Of a stretch of 64,000 bases of DNA, positions 62,686-64,000 are shown piece after piece (the first letter of the stretch is position 1; each line of letters begins with the position of its first letter). Source of the DNA: Camelus dromedarius (lineage: Eukaryota); contig NC_087437.1 of the NCBI RefSeq assembly GCF_036321535.1, positions 19,842,001-19,906,000 on the forward strand, given 5' to 3'. Under the pieces are notes generated by a model. The model was not told where the DNA came from, made no database searches, and worked only from the letters and a program-made list of their open reading frames with translations. The position numbers were made by a program, and so were the translations under genes.

Positions 62686-64000
62686 TACTTCTCATTGATT
62701 TGACTGGACTAAGTTCATTTCCATGGACCATCTTTCCAGGGAAGCGTACACCAAGGGCAGGCTTTCTGAGCCTTTATGGACCAAAGGCAATCTTTCCATT
62801 TCCTTCATACATGAAGCACAACGTGGCTACTCTTTCTCGGTGGGGTCACAACCACTTTGTCCCTCACAACTTGGTAGATCTGGGACTGGCAATGTCCCAG
62901 AGGAGACGTCTGGGACACCTGACTGTCTTTCTTTGGCAGCAAATTCATTTTGTAAGTTTTTCTCGGGTACTTATTTGGACCATATTTTGTCCTTTCAAAT
63001 CCAAATTTTCTCGGGTTGCTAAGAGCGAGTTTCTTCAAGGAACTGTTTGTTTTTTAATGGACTGATCCTCTTAGGTCGTTTTTGGGCTCAGTGAATGTTT
63101 TCTTTTTTTACATCTTTATTTGTTGCTTCTGCAGAGATACGGTACTGGTGTTTTCTTCTGGAAGACAAGTTACATGTATGTTTGATGCTTGTCATCTGTA
63201 TTTATCCTTGTCTCCATCTTAAATTTTGCCCTCTTGTCCTTTCTTTCTGTATTCTAAGAGAAGTTATCAGGTTTGTGGCTCACAGCCAGAATATACCTAG
63301 CCCCTTAGAGGCAACAGGCAGGCCTGGCTCCCTTTCGTGATTTCTAGTCTGATGTTAACTACTTCCAGTGTTGTCTTTAATTCTGCTCCTGCTTAAAGGT
63401 GGTGGAGGTGTGAGGTGAGGGGAGAGGGGCAGGCGGCAGCTGGGTGGTGAGAGGCCTTGTGTCCTGTTGATGAGGTACATTTTGTGCAGGATGTGGTCCA
63501 GGCAGTTTTGTATTTTAGGAAGCTCACTCTATCATTTGTGTAGAAGAGGACAAACTGGAAGGGAAAACACAGAGGTAAGAACACTGGCACAGAGAGAGCC
63601 CTAAAATTGCCCTATGATTTCCCAGTGTCTTGTCTGAATTGGCTAGCAGATGGGGAATTAATGTAGACATAGGCAGAAACGTTTAAAACATTGAAGACTA
63701 AATAGATCATTGCGGCTATACTTGTGTGTGATTTAAAAGCAGGTGATCCAACACCCCCAAAGTAATAAGCTTCTCTCAGAAATGAATTAAGATTCAGTCT
63801 GGCAATTACATTAAGGTTTCTGATAGGTAGCTCACATGGAGAGCTGCCATTATGATACATATCGCTATTCTGCATGGCGGGCTCGCATAACTCATCATGT
63901 TGGTTGAAGTTTAACAGAAGGAAAGAATGTAAAAGACTCCTCACTTTAAGGGGAAATGCCTCCCTCTGATTTCTAGAATTTTTACTGGTAGCACTTATTA

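Overview
Mammalian nuclear DNA, very probably camelid (camel/alpaca/llama). Four copies of a ~130-150 bp tRNA-derived SINE match the camelid Vic-1 type, and several young 5'-truncated L1 3' ends are present, most with target-site duplications (TSDs). I recognise no protein-coding exon, functional RNA gene or CRISPR-like array. The ORFs in the track are chance ORFs or decayed transposon sequence, including an L2 reverse-transcriptase remnant at 55.5-56.1 kb. The window looks like a large intron or gene desert: many MIR and L2 relics, old L1 fragments, six solo-LTR-type elements, hAT MITEs and microsatellites, separated by repeat-free AT-rich blocks that resemble conserved enhancers. The most notable structures are: (1) a ~460 bp inverted duplication (49681-50140 / 51569-52024) around a ~1.4 kb spacer; (2) a near-consensus REST/RE1 site inside a ~2.6 kb L2; (3) a MIR interrupted by a locally templated ~55-65 bp copy that later received an L1; (4) a small CpG-rich island with repeated motifs at 61.3-61.7 kb. 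Repeat subfamily names and the boundaries of old elements are by eye and approximate. I found no evidence of a new multi-gene system.
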